Numbered from the stretch's first letter, positions 33,866 to 45,026 are shown. The stretch: DNA of 64,000 nucleotides from Alphaproteobacteria bacterium (GCA_965249135.1 OZ252220.1:544001-608000); one strand, 5' to 3'. Translations and numbers: made by a program. Notes: a model not told the origin generated them from the sequence alone.

Positions 33866-35116
33866 GTGAAGGTCTTGGTGCTGGGAAGCGGCGTGATCGG
33901 GGTTACGGCCGCCTACTTTCTTTCCCGTGCCGGACACGAGGTGACGGTCGTCGATCGCCGCTCCGGTCCCGGTGAAGAAACAAGCTTCGCGAATGGCGGC
34001 CAGATCTCGGCCGGCCTCGCCGAGCCCTGGGCGAACCCGGAAGTGCCCCGCAAGCTGCTGCGCTGGATCGGCCGCAAGAACGCGCCGCTTGCCTTCCATC
34101 TGCGCGCCGATCCGGACCTTTGGAGATGGGCCTTACGCTTCTTGAGCAACTGCACGGCGAAGCGCTCGGCCGCGAATCTGGAGCGCGCGCTTCGGATCGC
34201 GCTTTATAGCCGCAAGCAACTTCGCGAGATCCGCGAAGCAACCGGCATCACCTACGACGAATGGACGGAAGGGGTCCTCAAGATCTACCGCGAGGCGCGC
34301 GATTTCGAAATGGCGTGCCAACGGATGAAGGCCATGAACGCCTTGGGATCCGATCTCCGCGCATTGGATCAACGGGCCTGCCTCGATGTCGAGCCGGCCC
34401 TTGAACCGACGGCCGAAAAGATTGTCGGCGCCATCTATTCGCCAGAAGACGAGAGCGGGGACGCTTACGCATTCACGGTCAAGCTGGCCGAAGAGGCCGC
34501 CCGTCTCGGGGCGCGCTTCAAATTCGACCGGACCATCGAGGCCCTCGCCCCGAAAGGGGAGCGCATCGAACGGGTGATCACGGACCGCGAGAGTTTTTCG
34601 GCGGATGCCATCGTGCTTTCCCTTGGCAGCTACAGCCCCCTTCTCCTGCGTACCCTCGGTATCCGCCTTCCCATCTATCCGGCGAAAGGCTATTCCGTCA
34701 CGCTGCCGATCCGCGACGGCAACCGCGCGCCTTCCCGAAGCATCACCGACGAAGACAAGAAGCTGGTCTTCGGCCGCTTCGGCGACCGGCTTCGGGTCGC
34801 CGGCCGGGTCGAGTTCAAGGGCTACGATCCGAAAATCGAGTCGGCGCGCTGCCAGGCCCTCGCCGAGGATTTGGAAAGCTTCTTCCCTGGGGCCGCCGAT
34901 CAAGGCAAGCCCGACTACTGGGCGGGCCTTCGACCACTGACGCCCGACACGCTTCCCGTCATCGGGCCCAGCCGTTTTTCGAATCTTTTCCTGAACACCG
35001 GCCACGGCACCTATGGCTGGACGCTGGCGGCCGGTTCAGGCCGGATCGTTGCCGACCTGGTGGGCGGCACGCGGCCGGCCATCGAAATCGCGGACTTGGG
35101 CTGCGAGCGGTTTTAA
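33866..35116 (+). CDS. dadA: D-amino acid dehydrogenase
   Basis: GSGVIG FAD motif, ETSFANGG, PAKGYS, GLRP and NTGHG..GWT. Confidence 0.85.
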   Translation: MKVLVLGSGVIGVTAAYFLSRAGHEVTVVDRRSGPGEETSFANGGQISAGLAEPWANPEVPRKLLRWIGRKNAPLAFHLRADPDLWRWALRFLSNCTAKRSAANLERALRIALYSRKQLREIREATGITYDEWTEGVLKIYREARDFEMACQRMKAMNALGSDLRALDQRACLDVEPALEPTAEKIVGAIYSPEDESGDAYAFTVKLAEEAARLGARFKFDRTIEALAPKGERIERVITDRESFSADAIVLSLGSYSPLLLRTLGIRLPIYPAKGYSVTLPIRDGNRAPSRSITDEDKKLVFGRFGDRLRVAGRVEFKGYDPKIESARCQALAEDLESFFPGAADQGKPDYWAGLRPLTPDTLPVIGPSRFSNLFLNTGHGTYGWTLAAGSGRIVADLVGGTRPAIEIADLGCERF

Positions 35117-35122
35117 AGAAAT

Positions 35123-35200
35123 TGGGGCGAGTGATGGGGATCGAACCCACGGCCTCCAGATCCACAATCTGGCGCTCTAACCAACTGAGCTACACCCGCC
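35123..35200 (-). tRNA. tRNA-His(GTG) with encoded G-1 and C73
   Basis: G-GCGGGTGTAGCTCAGTTGGTTAGAGCGCCAGATT-GTG-GATCTGGAGG...CACTCGC-C-CCA. Confidence 0.95.
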
Positions 35201-35358
35201 ACCAATCGGCCTGTGTAGACGCTCCCCAAGGAAGGCGTCAAGCTCGCCCGGAAGGGCCGCAGGATGAGGCCGTGCGCCCGATCCCGTGCTTTCGAATCGG
35301 GCTTGATTCGACTGGCGATTCCCTTCACGTTAGCCCTCCGAAAGACAGGCGGAAAGCC

Positions 35359-35375
35359 TGCTCATAATATAGGCA
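35359..35375 (+). promoter_or_regulatory. Probable NtrC binding site
   Basis: TGCTCATAATATAGGCA (TGC-N11-GCA, AT-rich core) about 100 bp upstream of the sigma54 site; a weaker copy follows at 35380-35396. Confidence 0.55.
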
Positions 35376-35459
35376 TTCTTGCCTTGAAAATAACCAGTTC
35401 AGGGGGAGGCGGGCGCATCTGCCCGGGTTTTTTCCGTGACTTTCCAAGCCGCTTTCGTT

Positions 35460-35474
35460 TGGCACGCTCCGTGC
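35460..35474 (+). promoter_or_regulatory. Sigma54 (-24/-12) promoter of glnB-glnA
   Basis: TGGCACGCTCCGTGC has GG-N10-GC spacing with the TGGCAC core. Confidence 0.75.
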
Positions 35475-35494
35475 CTCTGCTTCGTCTTATCTGA

Positions 35495-35899
<405 letters not shown>

Positions 35900-35941
35900 C
35901 GCTTTCCAACGAATTCTCAAATCGCACACCAGGAAAAAACC

Positions 35942-37351
35942 ATGTCCGACGTAAAAAAAGCTCTTCAAATGATTAAGGATAACGACGTGAAGTACGTCGA
36001 TCTTCGCTTCACCGACCCACGTGGCAAGTGGCAGCATACCGCACAGGCCGTTAGCACGATGGACGAGGACACCTTCGTCGATGGGATCATGTTCGACGGC
36101 TCCTCGATAGCCGGCTGGAAGGCAATTCAAGAATCGGACATGACGCTGATGCCGGATCCCTCGACGGCGGTTCTTGATCCCTTCGCGGCCCAGACTTCGA
36201 TGATCATGTTCTGCGACGTCCTCGACCCGGGCACCGGCCAGGGATACGAACGGGACCCGCGCTCGACGGCGCGGCGCGCAGAAGCCTATCTGACCAGCAC
36301 CGGGCTCGGCGATCAGGCCGTCTTCGGGCCGGAGCTCGAGTTCTTCGTCTTCGATGACGTTCGCTACGACGTTTCGATGAACCACACCTTCTATGCGCTC
36401 GACTACGCGGAGGCGCCCCATGCCTCGGCCTCCGAATACGAGGAAGGCAATATCGGCCACCGGCCGCCCATCAAGGGCGGCTATTTCCCGGTGCCGCCCG
36501 TCGATTCGATGGCGGATCTGCGGGCCGAGATGCTGACCTTCATGAACGAGATGGGCATCGAGGTGGAGAAGCATCACCACGAGGTGGCGCCGGGGCAGAA
36601 CGAGCTGGGCTTCCATTTCTGCCCACTCGTCCAGTGCGGCGACGCGGTGCAAATCTACAAATACGTCGTCCACCAGGTCGCCCACGCCTACGGCAAGACC
36701 GCGACCTTCATGCCGAAACCGGTCGTCGACGACAACGGATCCGGCATGCACGTCCACCAGTCGATCCTGAAGGGCGGCAATTCGACCTTCGCCGGCAGCA
36801 GCTATGCGGACCTTTCCGAGAATGCCCTCTACTACATCGGCGGCATCATCAAGCACTGCCGGGCCATCAACGTGTTTACGAATCCGACGACGAACAGCTA
36901 CAAGCGCCTGGTGATGGGCTTCGAGGCGCCCGTCCTGCTGGCCTATTCGGCGCGCAACCGCTCGGCCGCCTGCCGCATTCCCTATTCGGCAAGCCCGAAA
37001 GGCAAGCGCGTCGAGGTCCGTTTCCCGGATCCGGCGGCGAATCCCTACCTCGCCTTCACGGCGATGCTGATGGCGGGCCTCGACGGGATCGAGAACCGGA
37101 TCCATCCGGGCGACCCGATCGACAAGAACCTCTACGACCTGCCGCCGGAAGAGCTGGAGGGGGTGCCAACCGTCTGCGGCTCGCTGCGCCAGGCGTTGGA
37201 TGCCCTGGAGGGGGACCGTACCTTCCTGACGAAGGGCGGCGTCTTCTCGGACGGCCAGATCGACGGCTATCTGGCGTTGAAGGAAGAAGAGCTAATGCGT
37301 TTCGAGACCGTTCCACATCCGGTAGAATTCGATATGTATTACAGTGTGTAA
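35942..37351 (+). CDS. glnA: Glutamine synthetase type I
   Basis: [25 protein letters not shown] and adenylylation site NLYDLP. Confidence 0.97.
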   Translation: MSDVKKALQMIKDNDVKYVDLRFTDPRGKWQHTAQAVSTMDEDTFVDGIMFDGSSIAGWKAIQESDMTLMPDPSTAVLDPFAAQTSMIMFCDVLDPGTGQGYERDPRSTARRAEAYLTSTGLGDQAVFGPELEFFVFDDVRYDVSMNHTFYALDYAEAPHASASEYEEGNIGHRPPIKGGYFPVPPVDSMADLRAEMLTFMNEMGIEVEKHHHEVAPGQNELGFHFCPLVQCGDAVQIYKYVVHQVAHAYGKTATFMPKPVVDDNGSGMHVHQSILKGGNSTFAGSSYADLSENALYYIGGIIKHCRAINVFTNPTTNSYKRLVMGFEAPVLLAYSARNRSAACRIPYSASPKGKRVEVRFPDPAANPYLAFTAMLMAGLDGIENRIHPGDPIDKNLYDLPPEELEGVPTVCGSLRQALDALEGDRTFLTKGGVFSDGQIDGYLALKEEELMRFETVPHPVEFDMYYSV

Positions 37352-37380
37352 GAAATAAATTCTAAACCAAGACTTCAAGA

Positions 37381-37409
37381 AAGGCCGCCCCTCGGAGGCG
37401 GCCTTTTTT
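37381..37409 (+). terminator. Rho-independent terminator after glnA
   Basis: AAGGCCGCC-7nt-GGCGGCCTT followed by TTTT. Confidence 0.85.
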
Positions 37410-37442
37410 CATCGCTCCGGTTTCACGACTCAGGCCACCCAC

Positions 37443-37832
37443 TCAAGCCGGCGGCACTTCCCGCGGCCGGCGGTCGTCGTCGATGGCGACCATCACGAAA
37501 TTCCCCTCCGTCACCTTGACGGCCTCGCCGGAAGGCAGGCGTTCGGCCCAGGTCTCCACATGAACGGTGATCGAGGTGCGGCCGATGCCGAGGATCTTCG
37601 TGAAACAGGAAACGATATCCCCGATGAAGACCGGCAAATGAAAGGCCATCGCCTCGATCGCCACCGTCGCCACCCGCCCGCTCGCGCGCCGGCGCGCCGT
37701 CATGCCCGCGGCAAGGTCCATCTGGGAAAGCACCCAACCGCCGAAGATGTCGCCGCTTAGGTTCGCATCCCGCGCCATCGCGACGGTGCGGATCTCCGGA
37801 ACCCGCTCATTCTTGCCAGAAAATTCTTCCAT
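37443..37832 (-). CDS. Acyl-CoA thioesterase (YciA-like hotdog fold)
   Basis: DANLSGDIFGGWVLSQMD and GRTSI motifs. Confidence 0.9.
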   Translation of the reverse strand: MEEFSGKNERVPEIRTVAMARDANLSGDIFGGWVLSQMDLAAGMTARRRASGRVATVAIEAMAFHLPVFIGDIVSCFTKILGIGRTSITVHVETWAERLPSGEAVKVTEGNFVMVAIDDDRRPREVPPA

Positions 37833-37930
37833 GGCCCCTTCCGCAACTCCCCAAGATATCGTGGCGAACGCGCATCAAACATACCGCATCCTGCTTGCTT
37901 GGGAAATATGCGCGCCGCATAATGCCGCCC

Positions 37931-39928
37931 ATGCCCAAGCGCGCCGCCAAAAGCCCCAAGCGAACGCCCAAGAAAAAGGGCCTAAGCCGTAGCTATTCGG
38001 CGAAGGACATCGAGGTTCTGGAAGGGCTCGAACCGGTGCGCCGCCGCCCCGGCATGTATATCGGTGGCACCGATGAGGCGGCGATGCACCATCTGGCGGC
38101 CGAGGTCCTCGACAACGCGATGGACGAGGCGGTCGCGGGCTTTGCCAATCGAATCGAGATCGAGCTCGGCGCCAGCGACACCCTTACCGTTCGCGACAAC
38201 GGCCGTGGCGTACCGGTCGATCCCCATCCGAAGTTCAAGAACAAATCGGCGCTCGAGGTCATCCTGACGACACTCCACTCCGGCGGAAAGTTCGGCGGCA
38301 AGGTCTACGAGATGGCCGGCGGTCTGCACGGGGTCGGGGTTTCCGTCGTCAACGCGCTGTCCGATTCCCTTTCCATCGAGGTCATCCGCGACGGCAAGCT
38401 GTGGCGCCAGGAATATACCCGCGGCAAACCGAAGACGAAGCTGAAGGCCGCCGGGCCTGCGAAGAACCGGCGGGGCACGGCGATCTCCTTTCATCCGGAC
38501 CCGGAAATCTTCGGGCCAAAGGCAGTCTTCCGGCCCGGCCGGCTTTACCGGATGGCGCGATCGAAGGCCTACCTCTTCCGCGGTGTCGAGATTCGCTGGG
38601 CATGCGCCCAGAAGCTGGTCAAGGACACGAAGGTGCCGGCGAAGGAACGCTTTCGCTTCCCCGAGGGCCTGAAGGGCTTCCTGGAAACAACCTTGGACGA
38701 CCGCGCCGTCATCACGCCGTCTCCCTTCACGGGCGAGGCCGACTTCCCGAAGGCGGCCGGCCGCGCGGAATGGGCCATCAGCTGGCCGGAAGACGGCGAA
38801 GGGTTCATCCATTCCTACTGCAACACGATCCCCACCCCGAAAGGCGGCACCCACGAGGCGGGCCTGCGCACGGCGCTCGCCCGGGCGCTCAAGGCCTATG
38901 GGGAACTCATCGGCAATAAGCAGGCCGCACAGATCACCGGCGAAGACATCGCCGCGGGCGCTGCGATCATGCTTTCCATCTTCCTTAGCGACCCGACATT
39001 CCAGGGGCAAACGAAGGAGCGCCTTTCCTCTGCGGAGGCGCAGCGGCTCACGGAGGCAACGCTCAAGGACCATTTCGACCATTGGCTGAGCGGCGATCCG
39101 GAAACGGCGACGCTGCTTCTCGAACGCATCGTCGAGCGGGCCGAGGAGCGCTTACGTCGCCGCGAGGCGAAGGACCTCTCCCGCAAGACGCCGACCCGCA
39201 AGCTCCGTCTGCCCGGCAAGCTGACAGACTGTTCATTGAGCAGCGCGAAAGGAACGGAGATTTTCCTGGTCGAAGGGGATTCCGCAGGCGGATCCGCGAA
39301 ACAGGCCCGCGACCGCAAGACCCAAGCCGTGCTGCCGCTGCGCGGCAAGATTCTGAACGTGGCGAGCGCTTCCGACGAGAAGCTGCGCGGCAATCAGGAA
39401 ATCGCCGACCTCGTTCAGGCGCTGGGCTGCGGGACCGGCCAGCAATGCGACCCATCGAAGCTTCGCTACGAACGGATCATCGTCATGACGGACGCCGACG
39501 TCGATGGCGCCCATATCGCCTCGCTTCTGATGACCTTCTTCTTCCGGGAGATGTCGGCGCTGGTCGAGGCGGGTAGGCTCTACCTCGCCGCGCCGCCGCT
39601 CTACCGCTTAAGCCAAGGCGGCGAGACGGTGTATGCCCGGGACGACGCCCACAAGGGCCAGCTTCTGAAAGCCCGATTCAAGAGCCGGGCGAAGATCGAG
39701 ATCAGTCGCTTCAAGGGGCTGGGGGAAATGCCGGCGGCCCAATTGAAGGAAACGACGATGGACCCAAAAAAACGGACGCTCTATCGGGTCATCCTGCCCG
39801 GGAAAGGAGCGCGCAAGCAGGCAAAAGAGGTCGAGGGCCTCGTCGAAGACCTGATGGGAAGAAAGCCCGAGCGTCGGTTCGCCTACATCCAGGGGCATGC
39901 GGAGTTCGTAGAAAACCTGGACATCTGA
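37931..39928 (+). CDS. parE: DNA topoisomerase IV subunit B
   Basis: YSAKDIEVLEGLEPVRRRPGMYIG, EGDSAGG, PLRGKILN, MTDADVDG; no GyrB insert. Start uncertain (37922 or 37931). Confidence 0.9.
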   Translation: MPKRAAKSPKRTPKKKGLSRSYSAKDIEVLEGLEPVRRRPGMYIGGTDEAAMHHLAAEVLDNAMDEAVAGFANRIEIELGASDTLTVRDNGRGVPVDPHPKFKNKSALEVILTTLHSGGKFGGKVYEMAGGLHGVGVSVVNALSDSLSIEVIRDGKLWRQEYTRGKPKTKLKAAGPAKNRRGTAISFHPDPEIFGPKAVFRPGRLYRMARSKAYLFRGVEIRWACAQKLVKDTKVPAKERFRFPEGLKGFLETTLDDRAVITPSPFTGEADFPKAAGRAEWAISWPEDGEGFIHSYCNTIPTPKGGTHEAGLRTALARALKAYGELIGNKQAAQITGEDIAAGAAIMLSIFLSDPTFQGQTKERLSSAEAQRLTEATLKDHFDHWLSGDPETATLLLERIVERAEERLRRREAKDLSRKTPTRKLRLPGKLTDCSLSSAKGTEIFLVEGDSAGGSAKQARDRKTQAVLPLRGKILNVASASDEKLRGNQEIADLVQALGCGTGQQCDPSKLRYERIIVMTDADVDGAHIASLLMTFFFREMSALVEAGRLYLAAPPLYRLSQGGETVYARDDAHKGQLLKARFKSRAKIEISRFKGLGEMPAAQLKETTMDPKKRTLYRVILPGKGARKQAKEVEGLVEDLMGRKPERRFAYIQGHAEFVENLDI

Positions 39929-40021
39929 CGCCGCCGGATTGTTACGAAACGTGGTAAACCCTGATCACATTCCGGTGACACCCCCTATCCGCATTCCGGA
40001 ACATTAAGTAGGCTCATCCAC

Positions 40022-40207
40022 GGTGACGTCTGCCCTTTCGTCACCCATATCGGCAGGGTGTGCGTGCGAATTTTCTAAGGTTATTGTGCGCGATGACGAG
40101 TCCACCCAGGCCGGTTACGCCCCCCGGGCCGGAGGGCCCAAAACCAGTCGTCACAATGCCCCCTTGTCATAACTGGTTGTCCTCTGGCCGGGGGGTTTTC
40201 GTTTTTT
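40022..40207 (+). ncRNA. Candidate structured intergenic RNA
   Basis: Hairpin GGTGACG/CGTCACC (40022-40045), then a long imperfect hairpin (40120-40195) with G.U pairs favouring the plus strand, then a U-rich tail. Confidence 0.4.
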
Positions 40208-40229
40208 CTCAGCAGACAAAGAATTCGCC

Positions 40230-40928
40230 TTAGCGCTTAAGCCACTCCATCATGGCGGCCGTCACCGCTTGGGGACGTTCCATCGTCGAAAGGTGTCCGC
40301 AATCGGCGACCACGACGAGGCGGGATTGCGGAAGGAGTTCGGCCATCTCCTCGTGCAGGTGCCGCGGCGTCAGCGCATCTTCCGCCCCGCAAAGGACGAG
40401 GGTTGGGCAGGTCACCTGCCTCAGCACGCCGTCACCCGCCTTGCGGCCAAGGATCGCCCGCTCCTGACGAAGGAACGCTTGCCTGCCGATCCGTTCCGCC
40501 ATCCCCATCACGGCATTGACCAGCGTTTCGTCGTCGAGGCGATCCTCATGGATCAGATGGGGAAGCAGCAGCGGCGTCACGCCCTTGAAGTCCCCCTTCT
40601 CGGCAAGCCCCATCATGTCCCTGCGTCGCGTTCGCTGGGCATCCGTATCCGCATAAAAATTCGTATCCAGAAGTGCGAGCCGTTCGACGCGTTCGGGCGC
40701 CAGGAGAAGAACGGCCTGGGCTACGTAGCCGCCCATCGAAAGGCCGGCCAGCGCAAACTTTTCCGGCGCGGCATCGAGCACGGAGGCCGCCATCCCCTCC
40801 ATCGAATCGTGCTTCGTCAGATCGGCGCCGATCGGCTCGGTGATGGTCTGCAAATGATCGATCTGGTGACGCCAAAGTTCGGCGTCGCAAAGCAGGCCGG
40901 GCAAGAGAACGAGAGGGATCTGGCTCAC
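40230..40928 (-). CDS. Alpha/beta hydrolase
   Basis: PGLLCD oxyanion region, GLSMGG nucleophile, CGHLSTME His motif. Confidence 0.9.
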   Translation of the reverse strand: MSQIPLVLLPGLLCDAELWRHQIDHLQTITEPIGADLTKHDSMEGMAASVLDAAPEKFALAGLSMGGYVAQAVLLLAPERVERLALLDTNFYADTDAQRTRRRDMMGLAEKGDFKGVTPLLLPHLIHEDRLDDETLVNAVMGMAERIGRQAFLRQERAILGRKAGDGVLRQVTCPTLVLCGAEDALTPRHLHEEMAELLPQSRLVVVADCGHLSTMERPQAVTAAMMEWLKR

Positions 40929-40963
40929 GCGGTCTATCCTGGTCTTTTCTTCTTTATGGGGGC

Positions 40964-41506
40964 TTAACGCACGAGCTTCGAGAGTTCCCGGAACTCATCC
41001 GTTGCCGAACGCTTCAGCCATTCGAAGAAGACCATTTCCGCCGACACGATTTCGACGCCGTTGTCGCGCGCCCGCTCGATGCCCAACACCCGGTTCTCCG
41101 GCGTGCGCGAGGAGACGGCATCCGCCACGACGAAACTTTCATAGCCCGCGGAGCGAAGCCCGATCGCCGTCTGCAGGATGCAGACATGCGCCTCGATTCC
41201 GATCAGCACCACCTGTTTGCGCTTGAGTTCGGCCAGCTTCGGCAGGAAACCCGGCTCCTCCGAACAGGAAAAGCAGGTTTTCTCGAACGGTTTGCCGCCC
41301 GTATAGAGCGCGCTTAAGTCGGAAATCGTGTGACCAAGGCCTTCCGGGTATTGCTCGGACATCCGCATCGGAACGTCGAGCCGGGCGGCGGCACCCATCA
41401 GCAGGATACAGTTCCTGAGCACGGAGTTGAAATCATGAATCGCGGGCACGAATTTCTCTTGGACGTCGACGATCAAGAGAACCGACCCGTGTCGGTCAAT
41501 CAGCAT
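40964..41506 (-). CDS. Isochorismatase-family hydrolase
   Basis: VDVQEK, EQYPEGLG, GIEAHVC motifs. Confidence 0.9.
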   Translation of the reverse strand: MLIDRHGSVLLIVDVQEKFVPAIHDFNSVLRNCILLMGAAARLDVPMRMSEQYPEGLGHTISDLSALYTGGKPFEKTCFSCSEEPGFLPKLAELKRKQVVLIGIEAHVCILQTAIGLRSAGYESFVVADAVSSRTPENRVLGIERARDNGVEIVSAEMVFFEWLKRSATDEFRELSKLVR

Positions 41507-41683
41507 GCGAGGCTTCCCTGTCCGGACCCGATCCTTATCCCCGCCAAACCTAGCGGAAGTCCGCATCCCCGCCAAGTAAGGCGACGGTCCTGCGAATTGA
41601 CAGAACGACAGGAACGCCTACACTCCGCCCAACATGCATGGCCTTCCCCACCTCACGGACCTTCCCTCGCCCGGTTGCGGCGA

Positions 41684-43138
41684 ATGAGCTTTGCCGATCT
41701 GGGCCTAAGCGACGAGTTGTTGCTTGCCATCAAGGACTCCGGTTACGTCGAGCCGACCCCGATCCAGGAAAAGGCGATTCCCTACGTCTTGATGGGCCGC
41801 GACATGCTCGGCTGCGCCCAGACGGGCACCGGAAAAACCGCCTCCTTCGTGCTTCCCATGATCGACATCCTGGCCCAAAAACGGGCCAAGGCGCGCATGC
41901 CGAGGGCGATCATCCTGGAGCCGACCCGCGAGCTTGCCGCCCAGGTTTCCGAAAGCTTCGACCGCTATGGAAAACACCACCGGCTTTCGACGGCGCTTCT
42001 TATCGGCGGTATTTCCCTTGCCCCACAGGAAAAACAGATCGAGCGCGGTGTCGACGTCCTGATCGCGACCCCCGGACGCTTCCTGGATTGCTACGAACGC
42101 GGGCTGCTGCTGCTCCATGACACCAAGATTTTCGTCATCGACGAGGCGGACCGCATGCTGGACATGGGGTTCATCCCCGATGTGGAACGAATCGTAAGCC
42201 TGACGCCCAAGACCCGGCAGACGCTTCTCTTCTCGGCGACGATCCTGCCGGAAATCCGCCGCATCGCGGATGCCCTCCTGAATGATCCGAAGGAAATTGC
42301 CGTCACGCCGCCCACGACGACGGCAGAAACGGTCGAGCAGTTTCTCATCGGCGTCGAAGAAAAAGAAAAGGACGCCACCTTCGTCCAGCTCATCAAGAAA
42401 GAGGACGTTCAAAGCGCGATTATTTTCTGCAACCGGAAAAAACAGGTGGACGATCTCGCCTACCTGTTGAAGAAGAAAGGGTTCGATGCCGCTCCGCTGC
42501 ACGGCGACATGTCCCAACCGAAACGCATGGAGACCCTGGATACGCTTCGCGAGGGGAATCTCGTCTTCCTCGTGGCAAGCGACGTGGCGGCGCGCGGCCT
42601 CGATATTCCGAAGGTTTCGCACATCTTCAATTACGACGTGCCGGTGAACCCGGAAGATTACATTCACCGCATCGGCCGCACGGGCCGCGCCGGACGGCCC
42701 GGCCGGGCGCTCATGCTGGTGACGCCGGAGGAAGGCGAGCAGCTCGGCGATATCCTGCGCCTGACGGGTGAGAAAATTCCGTGGATGCCCCTCGAAGGAC
42801 GGGCCGCACCCGAAATCGACCTTTCCGGGAAGACTAAACCGAAACGCCGGCGCCAGCGCAGCGGGAAAAGGAACGAGCCGCCGCAAAAGAAGGCAGCGGC
42901 CACCCCTTCCGAAAGGCCAAAGCGGCAACGCTCAAGAAGAAGAAAGCCCAAAGAGCCGGCGAAGGAACAACCGGAAGCCGCACATACGAAGCCGCAAGAA
43001 CATACGAAGCCGCAAGGACACATGAAGCCAGAAAGGCCGGCGAAGCCAGAAAGGCCGGATTGGCAGGTGCCGGCCTTCCTGGCCGAGCCGCCGCCTGCGC
43101 CGCCCGTGCGTGACGCAAAGCGCCGCAAGAAGGGCTAA
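41684..43138 (+). CDS. DEAD-box ATP-dependent RNA helicase (RhlE-like)
   Basis: Q motif, AQTGTGKT, PTRELA, DEAD, SAT, HRIGRTGR; basic low-complexity tail. Confidence 0.95.
   Translation: MSFADLGLSDELLLAIKDSGYVEPTPIQEKAIPYVLMGRDMLGCAQTGTGKTASFVLPMIDILAQKRAKARMPRAIILEPTRELAAQVSESFDRYGKHHRLSTALLIGGISLAPQEKQIERGVDVLIATPGRFLDCYERGLLLLHDTKIFVIDEADRMLDMGFIPDVERIVSLTPKTRQTLLFSATILPEIRRIADALLNDPKEIAVTPPTTTAETVEQFLIGVEEKEKDATFVQLIKKEDVQSAIIFCNRKKQVDDLAYLLKKKGFDAAPLHGDMSQPKRMETLDTLREGNLVFLVASDVAARGLDIPKVSHIFNYDVPVNPEDYIHRIGRTGRAGRPGRALMLVTPEEGEQLGDILRLTGEKIPWMPLEGRAAPEIDLSGKTKPKRRRQRSGKRNEPPQKKAAATPSERPKRQRSRRRKPKEPAKEQPEAAHTKPQEHTKPQGHMKPERPAKPERPDWQVPAFLAEPPPAPPVRDAKRRKKG
42983..43054 (+). repeat. 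Four degenerate 18-bp tandem repeats in the helicase C-terminal tail
   Basis: CATACGAAGCCGCAAGAA / CATACGAAGCCGCAAGGA / CACATGAAGCCAGAAAGG / CCGGCGAAGCCAGAAAGG, encoding HTKPQE-HTKPQG-HMKPER-PAKPER. Confidence 0.75.
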
Positions 43139-43146
43139 CGGCGAGC

Positions 43147-44964
43147 CTATAGAACCGGCGTCTCCATCCTTGATTCGAGTTGACGCGCCCACATCGCCGC
43201 ATAGCGGCCCTTCGCTGCCAGCAGCGTTTCGTGCCGCCCCTGCTCGACGATGGTCCCGTTATCGAGGACGAGGATTTCATCCGCATCGACGACCGTCGTC
43301 AGCCGGTGGGTGATGACCAGCGTCGTCCGGTCCGCCGAGACGTTCCGAAGGCTCTGCTGGATCTCTTTTTCCGTGTGTGAATCAAGCGCCGAGGTCGCCT
43401 CGTCGAAAAGCAGGATCTTTGGCCGTTTCAGGATCGTCCGCGCGATCGCGACGCGCTGGCGCTCACCGCCGGACAGTTTCAATCCCCGCTCGCCGACCCG
43501 GGTGTCGAAACCATCCGGCAGCGAACGAATAAAACCATCGATCTGCGCAAGGCGGGCCGCCTCTTCGACCTCCTCCCGGCTCGCGTCCGGGCGCCCATAG
43601 GCAATGTTGTAGAAAATCGTGTCATTGAAGAGAACGGTGTCCTGCGGCACGATCCCGATGGCGGCCCGCAGGCTTTGCTGGGTGACGTCGCGGACGTCCT
43701 GACCATCGATCGTGATGCGGCCCTGATCTGCGTCGTAGAAACGAAACAGCAGGCGGGAGATCGTCGACTTCCCTGCCCCGCTGGGCCCTACGATGGCGAC
43801 CGTCTTGCCTTCCGGCACCGTGAAGGAAACGTTCTTCAGGATCGCGCGGCGCGAATCGTAGCTGAATTCGACATGGTCGAAGTCGATGAAGCTGCCCTCT
43901 ACGCGAAGCGGCACCGCATTCGGTTTGTCTTTCACTTCCTGTTTGACACGAAGAAGCACAAACATCGATTCCATGTCGGTCAGCGACTGCTTGATCTCGC
44001 GATAAACGGAGCCAAGAAAATTGAGCGGCATGTAAAGCTGAATGAGATAGGTGTTTACCAGAACGAAATCGCCGATCGTCAGCGTGCCCTCCACGATCCC
44101 CATGCCGGCAAGGATCATGACGACCGTGATGCCGACGGAAATGATCACCGCTTGGCCGATATTGAGATAGGAAAGCGAGGTTTTGCTTTTGACGGCCGCC
44201 CTTTCATAGCCGCGCAACGATTCGTCGAACCGTCGCGCTTCGTGTTCCTCGTTCCCGAAATATTTGACGGTCTCGTAATTGAGCAGGCTGTCTATCGCCT
44301 TCGTGTTCGCCTGGCTGTCCATCTCGTTCATGATCCGGCGATACTTCGTCCGCCATTCCGTGACGAACAGGGTAAAGCCCACATAGCCGCCGATCGTGAC
44401 GAAGGTGACCGCCGCGAAGCGGATGTCGAAAAGCACCCACAGGATCCCGCAAACCAGAAGAATTTCGAAAAGGGTCGGCAGCACGCTGAAAAGCACGAAG
44501 GTAAGAAGAAATTCGATGCCCTTCGTGCCGCGCTCGATCGCCCGGTTCAGGCCGCCCGTCTGGCGTTCGAGATGAAACCCGAGCGAAAGCCCGTGCAGAT
44601 AGCGGAAGGTCTTAAGTGCTACGGATCGGATGGCGCGTTGCGCCACCTTCGCAAACACGGCATCCCGCAACTCGCCGAAGACGAGCACAAGCACGCGAAG
44701 CAGGCCGTAAGCGAAAAGCAAGCCGAGCGGGAGAACGATGACGGTGCTGATCTCACCGGAGAGCGTGTCGACCGCCGCCTTGTAGAAAAGCGGCACGGTG
44801 ACGTTCGCCCCCTTTGCCGCGACCAGAAAGACAAGCGCCAGCACGACGCGCCCGCGCATCTCGAGGTTGTCCTTTGGCCAGAGATAGGGCAGCAGCGTGC
44901 GAAGCGCGCCCCACTCGAAACCGGAAGGGGGCACGCTGCCTGGCGAAGACGACAAGGACCGCAT
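43147..44964 (-). CDS. ATM1/ABCB7-type ABC exporter (fused permease and ATPase)
   Basis: [46 protein letters not shown]. Confidence 0.9.
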   Translation of the reverse strand: MRSLSSSPGSVPPSGFEWGALRTLLPYLWPKDNLEMRGRVVLALVFLVAAKGANVTVPLFYKAAVDTLSGEISTVIVLPLGLLFAYGLLRVLVLVFGELRDAVFAKVAQRAIRSVALKTFRYLHGLSLGFHLERQTGGLNRAIERGTKGIEFLLTFVLFSVLPTLFEILLVCGILWVLFDIRFAAVTFVTIGGYVGFTLFVTEWRTKYRRIMNEMDSQANTKAIDSLLNYETVKYFGNEEHEARRFDESLRGYERAAVKSKTSLSYLNIGQAVIISVGITVVMILAGMGIVEGTLTIGDFVLVNTYLIQLYMPLNFLGSVYREIKQSLTDMESMFVLLRVKQEVKDKPNAVPLRVEGSFIDFDHVEFSYDSRRAILKNVSFTVPEGKTVAIVGPSGAGKSTISRLLFRFYDADQGRITIDGQDVRDVTQQSLRAAIGIVPQDTVLFNDTIFYNIAYGRPDASREEVEEAARLAQIDGFIRSLPDGFDTRVGERGLKLSGGERQRVAIARTILKRPKILLFDEATSALDSHTEKEIQQSLRNVSADRTTLVITHRLTTVVDADEILVLDNGTIVEQGRHETLLAAKGRYAAMWARQLESRMETPVL

Positions 44965-45026
44965 GTTTTTCTATTAACCGTTGTTCATTAACGGGGGATT
45001 TACCGACATCGGCTAGGCTTCTCCGC

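Noticed and set aside
44974-44991. TTAA...TTAA pair between the ABC exporter and the ybaN-like gene
   Set aside because: Spacer is 10 nt, not the 7 nt of a CtrA box.
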